From Chlorobiota bacterium (lineage in GTDB: Bacteria > Bacteroidota > Ignavibacteria > OLB7), in assembly GCA_028287785.1 (NCBI GenBank), contig JAQBOZ010000017.1, positions 1,901 to 65,900 of the forward strand: DNA of 64,000 bases, written 5' to 3'. The notes under the pieces were generated by a model that saw only the letters and a list, made by a program, of their open reading frames with translations, had not been told where the DNA came from and made no database searches. The position numbers and the translations under genes were made by a program. How positions within the stretch are numbered: the stretch's first letter is position 1; every line of letters begins with the position of its first letter. Shown piece by piece: positions 41,303 through 49,939 of the stretch.

Positions 41303-41716
41303 ATGAAAATCGTCAGGTATTCACTTGCTATCGTCGTCCTGCTGTGCATAGCCTTTCCGGCGACGGGAACACAGAGCATTTTCAGTTACGTCAAGGCATC
41401 GCCATACGGTGATGAGGTGCTTCTGCAGTGGGAAACGATGGAAGAGACGGGGATCAGAAGTTTTGAAATTGAACGGAAAAGCGACGAAACCATCGATTAT
41501 CGAATGATTGCGCGGATCGATCCCAAAGGCCGGCACTCCGCGTATAACTATATCGACAACGGGGCATTTTACAAGACCGAGAGCGGCAAGCATTTTACCT
41601 ATCGGCTGAAGGCGGTTGGCGCAAGCACCGATCAGTTCTCACCCGCCATCACCATTACTCATGAGGTTTCCGGGGTACGGAAATCGTGGGGGATGATCAA
41701 GGAATTGTTCCGCTGA
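41303..41716 (+). CDS. Small secreted Ig-like protein with C-terminal SWGMIKELFR tail
   Basis: Signal peptide; VLLQWET..E....FEIER...Y.Y.D...YRLK pattern. Confidence 0.85.
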   Translation: MKIVRYSLAIVVLLCIAFPATGTQSIFSYVKASPYGDEVLLQWETMEETGIRSFEIERKSDETIDYRMIARIDPKGRHSAYNYIDNGAFYKTESGKHFTYRLKAVGASTDQFSPAITITHEVSGVRKSWGMIKELFR

Positions 41717-41864
41717 CAGATTATCGAACATTAAAATGACACATTGAGTATCAATGTGCTTTTTTTTACCCCGCCGTTAAAGTAAATTGTGAGCTAAGAG
41801 TTGATAGAGTGCTCATCTTGAAGATCTAAACCTTAATGGCCTGCCAATCTACAGTAATCAAACC

Positions 41865-44800
41865 ATGAGATGGAGCGTGGATGCCCGGAAATCGTGGCAT
41901 CAGGGGCTATTTCTAACTCTGCTGGTTGTGCTGACGTGGATGGCGGGAAGTAAAAGTGGGTGGGGACAACCAACAACAGCCCCGCTCGAAGATCTGACGC
42001 TGAAGCCGGATATCATGAAGTATCATCTCACGGGCGAGGAGATACCGGGGGAGTTCGGGGGATTCGATGCCTCATGGCGCGCTGTGCTGGACAAGGCGTA
42101 TCTGAGCCGATACCTCCTCGACGGTCGGTATGAGATGGCGAATGAAGAGGCGCGCCGGCAGATTGAATCCAATCCCAGTTTCCCATTTCTGGCGAAGACC
42201 TGGCTGCAGAAAGGGCGCGCCAACCTCGTGCTCGGCAGATATGAAGAGGCGAGAAGGGATTTCAATCAGGCATATCTGAAGGCCAGTGATGAAGAGACGG
42301 AGGAGGATCAGCTCACGGCAGGGTCCGCGCTCTTCTATCTGGGATTGATAGAAGTCGTTGACAGGGAACAGCCGATTGACAAAGCGTTGAACCTGGTGGA
42401 GGAGTTCGCAACCAGGTATCCCGATCATCCGATGCAGGGACGTGCATTGGCGCTGATGGGAATGATAGCGGAGTCCAATGGACGTTGTGACAAGGCTATC
42501 GATTACTACGAACAGGCGGCCAGCCGCGCAGAGGGCAAAGACCTTCCGCCCTTGCGTAATGCTATCGCCAGATGTCTCCTCGGTCAGGGGCGATACGCGA
42601 ACGCCGCCTCGATCGTGGAGGAACAGCTTCGGATGCTGCGGGCTCCCGAACCGTCGGACGCGGAACGGGAAAGCGGCGATAATGATTGGGCGGAATCCGC
42701 TCTGATCGCCGGGGCAATCGACATGGAAACCGGGAAATATCCGGAGGCGGAGTCGGCGTTTATCAACGTCGCGGATAATATGCAGGGGGCGTACAGGCGA
42801 CGGGGGCTGCTGGGGCTGGCCGATACGTACAAACAGGCGCATCGCACGGATTCGGCAATTACGCTCTACAAACGGCTGATCGCGGCCGATAGCAACGATC
42901 TTCCCGGCCAGACCGCGGAGTATCAGATGGCGCTTACCTACTGGGAGAGTGGAGCAACGGAACAGGCCATCGCGATGCTGGGGGAGATCGCGGCCGATGA
43001 GCGGCATCGGTATAACGATTACGCGATGCTGCTGCAGGGGGAGATACGATATAAGAATCAGGAGTATGCCGAGGCGCTCCGGCTGGTTGAACAGGCCCGG
43101 AAAACGGCGCGGAGCCGGCCGCTGCAGCGTACGGCGGCAACGCTCTCGGGAGCATCTCTTATCGCTCTCAACCGCGCGGCGGAGGCGGAACAGGTGCTGA
43201 GCGAGGCTGAAGCCGCCACCGGGGATCAGGCGGTCGGTGGAAACCTGGAATCGGCAAGGATCAAGCTGCTTCGGGGAATCGCGCTTGTAAAGATCGGAGA
43301 GCAGCCCGCGGCGATCACACGGCTCAACGCATGCCTTGAAGAGACGAACGATGACAGCACCGCGGCGCAGGCGATGTACTGGCTGGGCGAGGCATACTTC
43401 CAGTCGCGACTCTACAAGGCGGCGATTCATGCGCTGGATCAGCTTGTGGAACATTATCCCGGCTCAAGCCAGGTTCCCGGCGCCCTCTACACGATCGGCT
43501 GGTCGAATTTCAAGGATGGAAATTTCAACGCGGCTGAACGGGCGTTTTCCAGCCTGATCAAAGCGTATCCGATGACCGAATATGCCGCTGAATCGGAATT
43601 GCGGCGTGGTGACGCGCTGATGATGAGCGGGCATTACCCGGAAGCAATCACGGCGTATCAGCAGGCAAGGGAGAAAGGGGCTACGCCCGAAGAGGTGATC
43701 CATGCCGATTATCAGAGGGCATTGGCCTATTTCCGCCAGGGAGATATGAGCTCCGCCGATAAAACGCTGAAGCAGTTCTTCCTCTGTCATCCCGATAATG
43801 ATCTCTATGCCGACGCGCTCTATCTGCGGGCCTTTATGGCAGACAGAGAGGGGAAATCGGAGAGGGAAATCGATCGGCTGAATATCCTCCTGAAAACGCC
43901 GGTCTCCGATCAGCTCGGGGCGCAGGCCTACAACCTCATGGCAACGGCCTATTCACGGCTCGGCGATCGAGCCGGTGCGGCGGCGGCAAGCTCGATCCTT
44001 CTCGAAAAATATCCAAAAAGTTCCTACGCAATCGATGCGCGCACGCTGCTGGAGGAAGTACGGAAGGAAGGGGTTCGGGGCGAAGGGGCTGAAACGGGAG
44101 CATGCGGCCTGCGAGGGGATGACAGCCTCCAGGTGCGACGGGGTGAGATCTACATGGCGACGGGAAATGGCGAGGATGCGGCAAGGGAATTTCGCGATCT
44201 GATGGGGAAGCGAGGAACCGATACCTGCTCGCTCGACCTCTGGATAAACCTGGCAAAAAGCCTCCTCATTGCCGGAGAGAAAAAGAGAGCGGTCGATACG
44301 CTGACATTGATAACCGAAGGGTTCCCGCAAAGCGGTCCGGCGATGAAGGCCGCCTCGATGCTGGCGCGGATCGCGCTGGAGAACAATGATGTGGAATCGG
44401 CTCTGAAAAATCTTCGGATAATCGCCGGGAGTGAAAAATCCTCGGCCGCCGAGGGAAATCGAATTCTGGCGGAAATTTATCTGCGGCAGGGAAATATCGA
44501 TTCCGCGAAACAGGCGCTCTACCGGAATACGAAATTGTCCGGCGCACATGGGGAATCGGATCGGGCGTGGATCATGCTGGCGACGATTGAAAAGGATACA
44601 GCGCTTACGCGGCTTATCGACACAAATCTTCGCGCGGCCGAAAAGCGAAATGATTCTCTGGGAATTCGAGCAGGCCTGGCGCTCGCCGCGATGCGCTACG
44701 CCTCGGGCGACACGGCAGAGGCCTCACGACTGATCGAGCGGACGCTGACAAGGCTGGAGAGCGACGAGGAATATTCGGATGGCGACAGGCTGCAGATCGC

Positions 44801-44924
44801 CAGGCTCTATGAATCTCTGGGCGCGCCGGCTACCGCAAAAGACATTTATCGCCGGATAATCGGCGAAAGCTGCGATGGGGAACTACGCTCCGAGGCGGAT
44901 CGACGATTAAAGGGATTGAACTGA
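41865..44924 (+). CDS. Large periplasmic tetratricopeptide-repeat protein
   Basis: Signal peptide; many TPR units (AMYWLGEAYF, ALYTIGWSNF, YP.S/H turns). Confidence 0.9.
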   Translation: MRWSVDARKSWHQGLFLTLLVVLTWMAGSKSGWGQPTTAPLEDLTLKPDIMKYHLTGEEIPGEFGGFDASWRAVLDKAYLSRYLLDGRYEMANEEARRQIESNPSFPFLAKTWLQKGRANLVLGRYEEARRDFNQAYLKASDEETEEDQLTAGSALFYLGLIEVVDREQPIDKALNLVEEFATRYPDHPMQGRALALMGMIAESNGRCDKAIDYYEQAASRAEGKDLPPLRNAIARCLLGQGRYANAASIVEEQLRMLRAPEPSDAERESGDNDWAESALIAGAIDMETGKYPEAESAFINVADNMQGAYRRRGLLGLADTYKQAHRTDSAITLYKRLIAADSNDLPGQTAEYQMALTYWESGATEQAIAMLGEIAADERHRYNDYAMLLQGEIRYKNQEYAEALRLVEQARKTARSRPLQRTAATLSGASLIALNRAAEAEQVLSEAEAATGDQAVGGNLESARIKLLRGIALVKIGEQPAAITRLNACLEETNDDSTAAQAMYWLGEAYFQSRLYKAAIHALDQLVEHYPGSSQVPGALYTIGWSNFKDGNFNAAERAFSSLIKAYPMTEYAAESELRRGDALMMSGHYPEAITAYQQAREKGATPEEVIHADYQRALAYFRQGDMSSADKTLKQFFLCHPDNDLYADALYLRAFMADREGKSEREIDRLNILLKTPVSDQLGAQAYNLMATAYSRLGDRAGAAAASSILLEKYPKSSYAIDARTLLEEVRKEGVRGEGAETGACGLRGDDSLQVRRGEIYMATGNGEDAAREFRDLMGKRGTDTCSLDLWINLAKSLLIAGEKKRAVDTLTLITEGFPQSGPAMKAASMLARIALENNDVESALKNLRIIAGSEKSSAAEGNRILAEIYLRQGNIDSAKQALYRNTKLSGAHGESDRAWIMLATIEKDTALTRLIDTNLRAAEKRNDSLGIRAGLALAAMRYASGDTAEASRLIERTLTRLESDEEYSDGDRLQIARLYESLGAPATAKDIYRRIIGESCDGELRSEADRRLKGLN

Positions 44925-44926
44925 TC

Positions 44927-46657
44927 ATGGAGTGGGCCAGATCCATATCGAACCGATACGGTACTATCTCCGCGCTCGCGACGATGGGAATTATTCTGCT
45001 TGCATGTTCCGGTGAATCGGTAATTGCCCAGCAGGAAAAAAAGAATAATGAACGCGATACGGCGGTCGGCGTTGCCCAGAAAAGAAAACCCAATGACCGC
45101 GGCGGTCGCGATAAACCCAGACGCGGAGAAAACCCTCCATCGCCCGCCAGGGCCGCGGAGCCCGATGATTCCCCGGTCGATCTGGCGCGAAAGACATATC
45201 AGGACAACGGAGGAACCGTCAAGCGCCAGCCGCGCATAATGGCTCCGGTGAACGTGGAACCGGTTCAGCTCAACAGTTCCGGCGAGAACGATCGCGAAAA
45301 GATCCAGGTGGGAAAATATGCCGGATTCGAGTCCGCGATGCTTGCCCGGCAGCCGTTCTACGCGGAGGGGACGTTTGGAATATTCACGACAGCGGGGCTC
45401 CGGCTGAATTATATCGGCACATCATGGCCGTATGATTATTCCGCGCAGATAAAATTCGCATCGACAAATGGTTTCGTCACAAACGCCCGACGAACCAGCG
45501 TGGAGGCGGGAGCGAACGGCGGATATGTGATCGGCGATAATTACGGGATATTCAGTGGCGGGCATATGGGAGGAGAGATCTCGTATGGCAATGATCGCTA
45601 CACGCTCTATACCCTCAACCCGGCGCCGGAACGGCGCAACGAGCGCTGGAAAATCGGTGCATCGGGGCGCAACAGCTACAAGGGGACAACGTTCGATCTG
45701 AAGGGGAATTATCGCTCGCTTGCGATGACGGGAGATTCCGCGGCCGCCGAGCGGACGCTGGGGGGCGAGGCGAGCGTAAGCACCGGCTGGCTCGGATTGA
45801 CTGTTGGAGGCGGTGCCAATCTCCAATTGACGACGCTGAAAGGGACGGCGATCAATTATGGCAGAGTGAATCTGTTCGCGGCATATACAAGCGCGTATTT
45901 CAAAATACAGGCGGGAGCGAACGGTGATTTCGCCGGCAACAGCGATGGAACATCGAGCGATAAAATTCTCCCGTCGGCGGAATTGCAGCTTTATCCGCTC
46001 CGCGGCATCACACTATCGGCGGGGATCAGCGGCGGAATAAATCCTCTCTCTCTCCAGCGCCTTCTCGATAACAATCCCTACGTCTCCTCGAATCCGCTGG
46101 TGCGGCATGAGGTGGAGGGGCTTGGATACAGGGCTGCCGTGCGTATCGAGCCGTGGGAATCCTTTGGTTTGCGACTGCTTGGATCGCGACGGAACTACGA
46201 TAATTATTCCTATTTCAGCGCGCGGACATCGGGGACGTTCAATCCACAATACGATGTGGCGACGGTGACATCGGGGACGGGCGATCTGTATTGGCAGATC
46301 GATGGCGATGATCTTCTCGCGCTGATCGCAACCTATAACGACGGAAAACTCGGGGCCTCGGGGACACGCATTCCCTATCTGCCGGCAATCGATGCCGAGG
46401 CGATGTACGGCAGGCGTCTCTCGAATATCCCGCTCTCGATTACCGCGACGCTCCATTATATCGGCGAGCGGACCGGCGCGACCGATACCCTGTCGAAACC
46501 GGTGGCGCTGATAAATCTCAAGGGACGATATACGATCAGCGGGCATTTCGATGCGATGATCGAGCTGGATAATATAATCGATCAGCAATACGAATTATGG
46601 AGCGGATATGGTGAGCGGGGGATATTCGGATCGATAGGAATTGCGGTCAGATATTGA
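44927..46657 (+). CDS. Outer-membrane beta-barrel protein (TonB-dependent-receptor-like C-terminus)
   Basis: Signal peptide; alternating beta strands; LDNIIDQQY..GY..RG..GSIGIAVRY terminal aromatic; starts 2 nt after the TPR gene. Confidence 0.8.
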   Translation: MEWARSISNRYGTISALATMGIILLACSGESVIAQQEKKNNERDTAVGVAQKRKPNDRGGRDKPRRGENPPSPARAAEPDDSPVDLARKTYQDNGGTVKRQPRIMAPVNVEPVQLNSSGENDREKIQVGKYAGFESAMLARQPFYAEGTFGIFTTAGLRLNYIGTSWPYDYSAQIKFASTNGFVTNARRTSVEAGANGGYVIGDNYGIFSGGHMGGEISYGNDRYTLYTLNPAPERRNERWKIGASGRNSYKGTTFDLKGNYRSLAMTGDSAAAERTLGGEASVSTGWLGLTVGGGANLQLTTLKGTAINYGRVNLFAAYTSAYFKIQAGANGDFAGNSDGTSSDKILPSAELQLYPLRGITLSAGISGGINPLSLQRLLDNNPYVSSNPLVRHEVEGLGYRAAVRIEPWESFGLRLLGSRRNYDNYSYFSARTSGTFNPQYDVATVTSGTGDLYWQIDGDDLLALIATYNDGKLGASGTRIPYLPAIDAEAMYGRRLSNIPLSITATLHYIGERTGATDTLSKPVALINLKGRYTISGHFDAMIELDNIIDQQYELWSGYGERGIFGSIGIAVRY

Positions 46658-46890
46658 AAATATATACAGATGCGATGTTCCAGAGCATACGGATCGGCTG
46701 AGGGCGCGATCCGCCGGGAACAATGAATATTCAGGGGGTCCAGACTGTTACGGTCTCCAGCCTGGGAGCGCCGTACCCTCCGGAAGCGCCGGGATGCGAG
46801 CAGGATATGTTTCTTGCTCGCATCCAACGGCCGGCAGATACGCATTCCGATAACAAATGATTATCGGAAAATATCAGCGAGGAGATTGCG

Positions 46891-48456
46891 ATGGATAATA
46901 ATTACGATGAACATTCTTCCGACAGTGACAATCGCGGTCCCGAGGAACATGAAGGATCTGAAAGCACAATGAGCCAGACCACGGAACGAGGCGATCAGCA
47001 ACGGTTTCGCATGGAGAGGCTGGCGACCGGGGGCACATCCTCGGCGATGACCCGCGATGCCGCGCGGCTTCGTTCGGTGATGGGGCAGGCCGCCGAGCGC
47101 CCGAACGATGAACGCTCGATCCAGGCAGTTGCCGGGGATGCGACCGGCGGTATGATCCCCGAGACATCGCGGAACGCTGTCATGCCACCGCTGCCGGATC
47201 TGGATACAACCGCCGGCGCCGCAATGGCGACATCCGCGGTGGAGTCGGTGACGCAGCACGATGAGCCGGTCCCCACGAAATCCGCAACCCCGACGGGGTT
47301 GCGACCGATCGCGTCCGCCGCCGCCAAACCGCAGGCCGCCGAGAGGGCATCGGATGGCGCAACCAGACTCCGTTCGGTTGCCGTCCCTGGCGCTGCCGCT
47401 CCCGCTCCCAAAGAGGAGAAGAAAGCAACGGAACGCCCGCGAACCGCCTCCCGGTTGATGCTTGAGCCTTCTCCCGCCGGGAATATCTCCCGAAATAATT
47501 TCCGTCCGGCGGAATCGCGCGTGGCCGAGCCTCGCCCGGTGGAATCGCGTCCAGCGGAGCCTCGCGCCACTGAATCCCGGCCCGCCGAGCCCGCGCCACA
47601 GCGCGAACCGGCGGCCAGCTATGGCGAATACCGCGATGCGCCGACGGTGGCATTCGAGCCGAATTCGTATCCCTCATATTCCTCCGCGTCCGCTGTTTCG
47701 GCTAGGCCACGTGGAAGGATGTGGGCCATCGCGCTTACGGTGGTGCTGGGGACGGGGCTCGGAGTTGGGCTGTATGCGGGGGGAGGCGATCTTATTTCGA
47801 GCATCTTCGCGAACAGGAACGAGGGCGTGGTAACCGATAATCCATCGGCCGTGACGGAGCGTCCGCAGGCAGCGCAGCCCGCGCCACAACCGGCGCCGGC
47901 GGCATCTGAGGCCACGGGGCAGGCGGTTGAGGGAACGGCGCAGAATGCCGGGGTTGTTCAGGGGACTACCGCTCATCCGGCGAACACGGAGGCCGCGCCG
48001 CAGCCGGTCGCCGGCGGCGTAACGGCGGCTGATCATAACGAGATCACCACCGGATCGCGGCCGGCGGCGGAGAATCATGATGTGGCGGCGGCAAATGATA
48101 TCAGGCCGGGAAATGATCCGAAACCGATAAAGAACCAGGAAGAGAACAAGGAGAAGAAAAAGAAGCCGGCCGAAGCCGATGCGGCCAGGGAAAAAGGCTC
48201 CGACAAGGACCCCGCCAAACCATCTCCCTCGAAGTTCATGGTGCAGGTGCGCGCCACCCCCGATGAGGCCGAGGCAAATCTCCTCGCCAGGAAGCTCCGC
48301 AGCAAAGGGATGGGGAGCATCTCGGTCGTGAAATCGGAGAAGGATGGAGCGAAGGTATACCGAGTTCGATTCGGTTCGTTTGCATCGCAGAGCGAAGCGC
48401 AGTCAGCCGCGACACGCGCCGGTTATGCGAGCGTATGGGTGATCAAACAGAAGTAA
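46891..48456 (+). CDS. SPOR-domain bitopic membrane protein
   Basis: Long disordered N-terminus with RPAEP-like repeats, one TM (WAIALTVVLG..), C-terminal FMVQV..A..LARKL..YRVRFGSF. Confidence 0.88.
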   Translation: MDNNYDEHSSDSDNRGPEEHEGSESTMSQTTERGDQQRFRMERLATGGTSSAMTRDAARLRSVMGQAAERPNDERSIQAVAGDATGGMIPETSRNAVMPPLPDLDTTAGAAMATSAVESVTQHDEPVPTKSATPTGLRPIASAAAKPQAAERASDGATRLRSVAVPGAAAPAPKEEKKATERPRTASRLMLEPSPAGNISRNNFRPAESRVAEPRPVESRPAEPRATESRPAEPAPQREPAASYGEYRDAPTVAFEPNSYPSYSSASAVSARPRGRMWAIALTVVLGTGLGVGLYAGGGDLISSIFANRNEGVVTDNPSAVTERPQAAQPAPQPAPAASEATGQAVEGTAQNAGVVQGTTAHPANTEAAPQPVAGGVTAADHNEITTGSRPAAENHDVAAANDIRPGNDPKPIKNQEENKEKKKKPAEADAAREKGSDKDPAKPSPSKFMVQVRATPDEAEANLLARKLRSKGMGSISVVKSEKDGAKVYRVRFGSFASQSEAQSAATRAGYASVWVIKQK

Positions 48457-48506
48457 AGAGTATTTGCGACCCCTCTTGCTTAGGTATCACACGTGACGAG
48501 CCAGAA

Positions 48507-48546
48507 GTTCGGGCCGGATCATTATCGATCCGGCCCGAACCCTTTT
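48507..48546 (+). terminator. Rho-independent terminator after the SPOR gene
   Basis: GTTCGGGCCGGATC/GATCCGGCCCGAAC 14-bp stem followed by CCTTTT. Confidence 0.75.
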
Positions 48547-48682
48547 CAGGGCCTCGGGATATCACCACGGCGTTCTCAATCGGTAATAAGTGGTCCGCCG
48601 GCGGGGTCGATCGATTGCTCGCGCAATGCTCTATCCCTATTTTATCCGTCTACCGGGGGCGCCAGCTAATTTCGATCACTTC

Positions 48683-49918
48683 ATGCGAATACTTCATACT
48701 GCGGACTGGCATCTGGGACGGAAACTGGAAGGTCGCAATCGTCATGACGAGCAGGAGCGCGTCATGGACGAGATCTGCCGTATCGCGGATGAGGAAGCGG
48801 TGGATGCCATCATCATCGCCGGCGATGTGTTCGATGCGTACAACCCGCCGGCGGAATCGGAATCGCTCTTCTATCGGACGATGACCCGGCTTGCCGATGG
48901 CGGACGCCGTGGCATCGTCGTCATCGCCGGCAATCACGACAGCCCGGATCGTCTTATCGCCTCCGACCCCTACGCGCGCGCGCTCGGGATAACCACGCTT
49001 GGCTATCCGAAGGACATCCCGGCCCTGTACGACGCCGGAAAAGCCCGCACGGCGTGCGTTGAATCGGCGCAATCGTTTATCCGTCTCCGCCTTCCCCGCG
49101 CCGAACGCATCCTCAATCTCCTGGCGCTCCCCTATCCCTCCGAATCCCGTCTGAAGGAACTCCTTACCGATGATGTCGCCAACGAGGAACAGGCGTCCGT
49201 GGATTACAACCGTCGCGTGCGCGAATTCATGGCACAGGGGGCCGCTCGCTTTCGCGATGGCGAGGCGAATATCGTCGCCAGCCATCTCTTCGTATCGGGA
49301 GGTCAGGAGAGCGATTCGGAGCGGCAGATCCAGGTCGGGGGCGTCTACACGGTGGAGCCGCTCAGCTTTCCGGCTTCGTCGTACGTGGCGCTTGGGCATC
49401 TGCACCGCGAGCAGGAGATGCGCGGGGTGAACGATACATGCATCCGCTACGCCGGCTCGGTGCTGCAATACAGTTTCAGCGAGGCGGGACAGAAGAAATC
49501 GGTGACGATCGTCGAGCTTCGCGATGGGAAGATCTCCCATTATCCCATTCCCCTCTCCGGTGGCCGCATGCTCCGCCGGTGGCAGATCGGCAACGGCATC
49601 GAGGAGCTGGAGCGGAGGCTGGCGGAGGTCGATGCCGCCGACTGGCTATCGGTCGCGCTTGTGCTGGATGAGCCGCTGGAGCCGGACTATCTCAACAATC
49701 TGCGACGAGCGCATCCCGGGCTGATCAACTGCACGTGCGCCTATCGGTGGGAGTCGGGGGATCCGAACGGGGCCGCTCCCGATGCCGTTCCCGTCACGAT
49801 CGAAGAGCAGTTCCGCCGGTTTGTTCGCGCCCGCTACGAGGAGCCGTGCAACGATGAAGTGCTGCGGCTTTTTCTGGAGCTGGCGGGCACCGGAGACGAG
49901 GAAACCCAGACGTCATAA
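48683..49918 (+). CDS. sbcD: Exonuclease SbcCD subunit D
   Basis: MRILHTADWHLG, AGDVFD, AGNHDS, ALGHLH, RYAGS. Confidence 0.96.
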   Translation: MRILHTADWHLGRKLEGRNRHDEQERVMDEICRIADEEAVDAIIIAGDVFDAYNPPAESESLFYRTMTRLADGGRRGIVVIAGNHDSPDRLIASDPYARALGITTLGYPKDIPALYDAGKARTACVESAQSFIRLRLPRAERILNLLALPYPSESRLKELLTDDVANEEQASVDYNRRVREFMAQGAARFRDGEANIVASHLFVSGGQESDSERQIQVGGVYTVEPLSFPASSYVALGHLHREQEMRGVNDTCIRYAGSVLQYSFSEAGQKKSVTIVELRDGKISHYPIPLSGGRMLRRWQIGNGIEELERRLAEVDAADWLSVALVLDEPLEPDYLNNLRRAHPGLINCTCAYRWESGDPNGAAPDAVPVTIEEQFRRFVRARYEEPCNDEVLRLFLELAGTGDEETQTS

Positions 49919-49939
49919 CGCTATCCCACGCTCATTCGA

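Noticed and set aside
46658-46890. Hairpins upstream of the SPOR gene (GGATGCGAGCA/TGCTCGCATCC) as a riboswitch
   Set aside because: No recognisable aptamer consensus; may be a simple stabilising or terminating stem.
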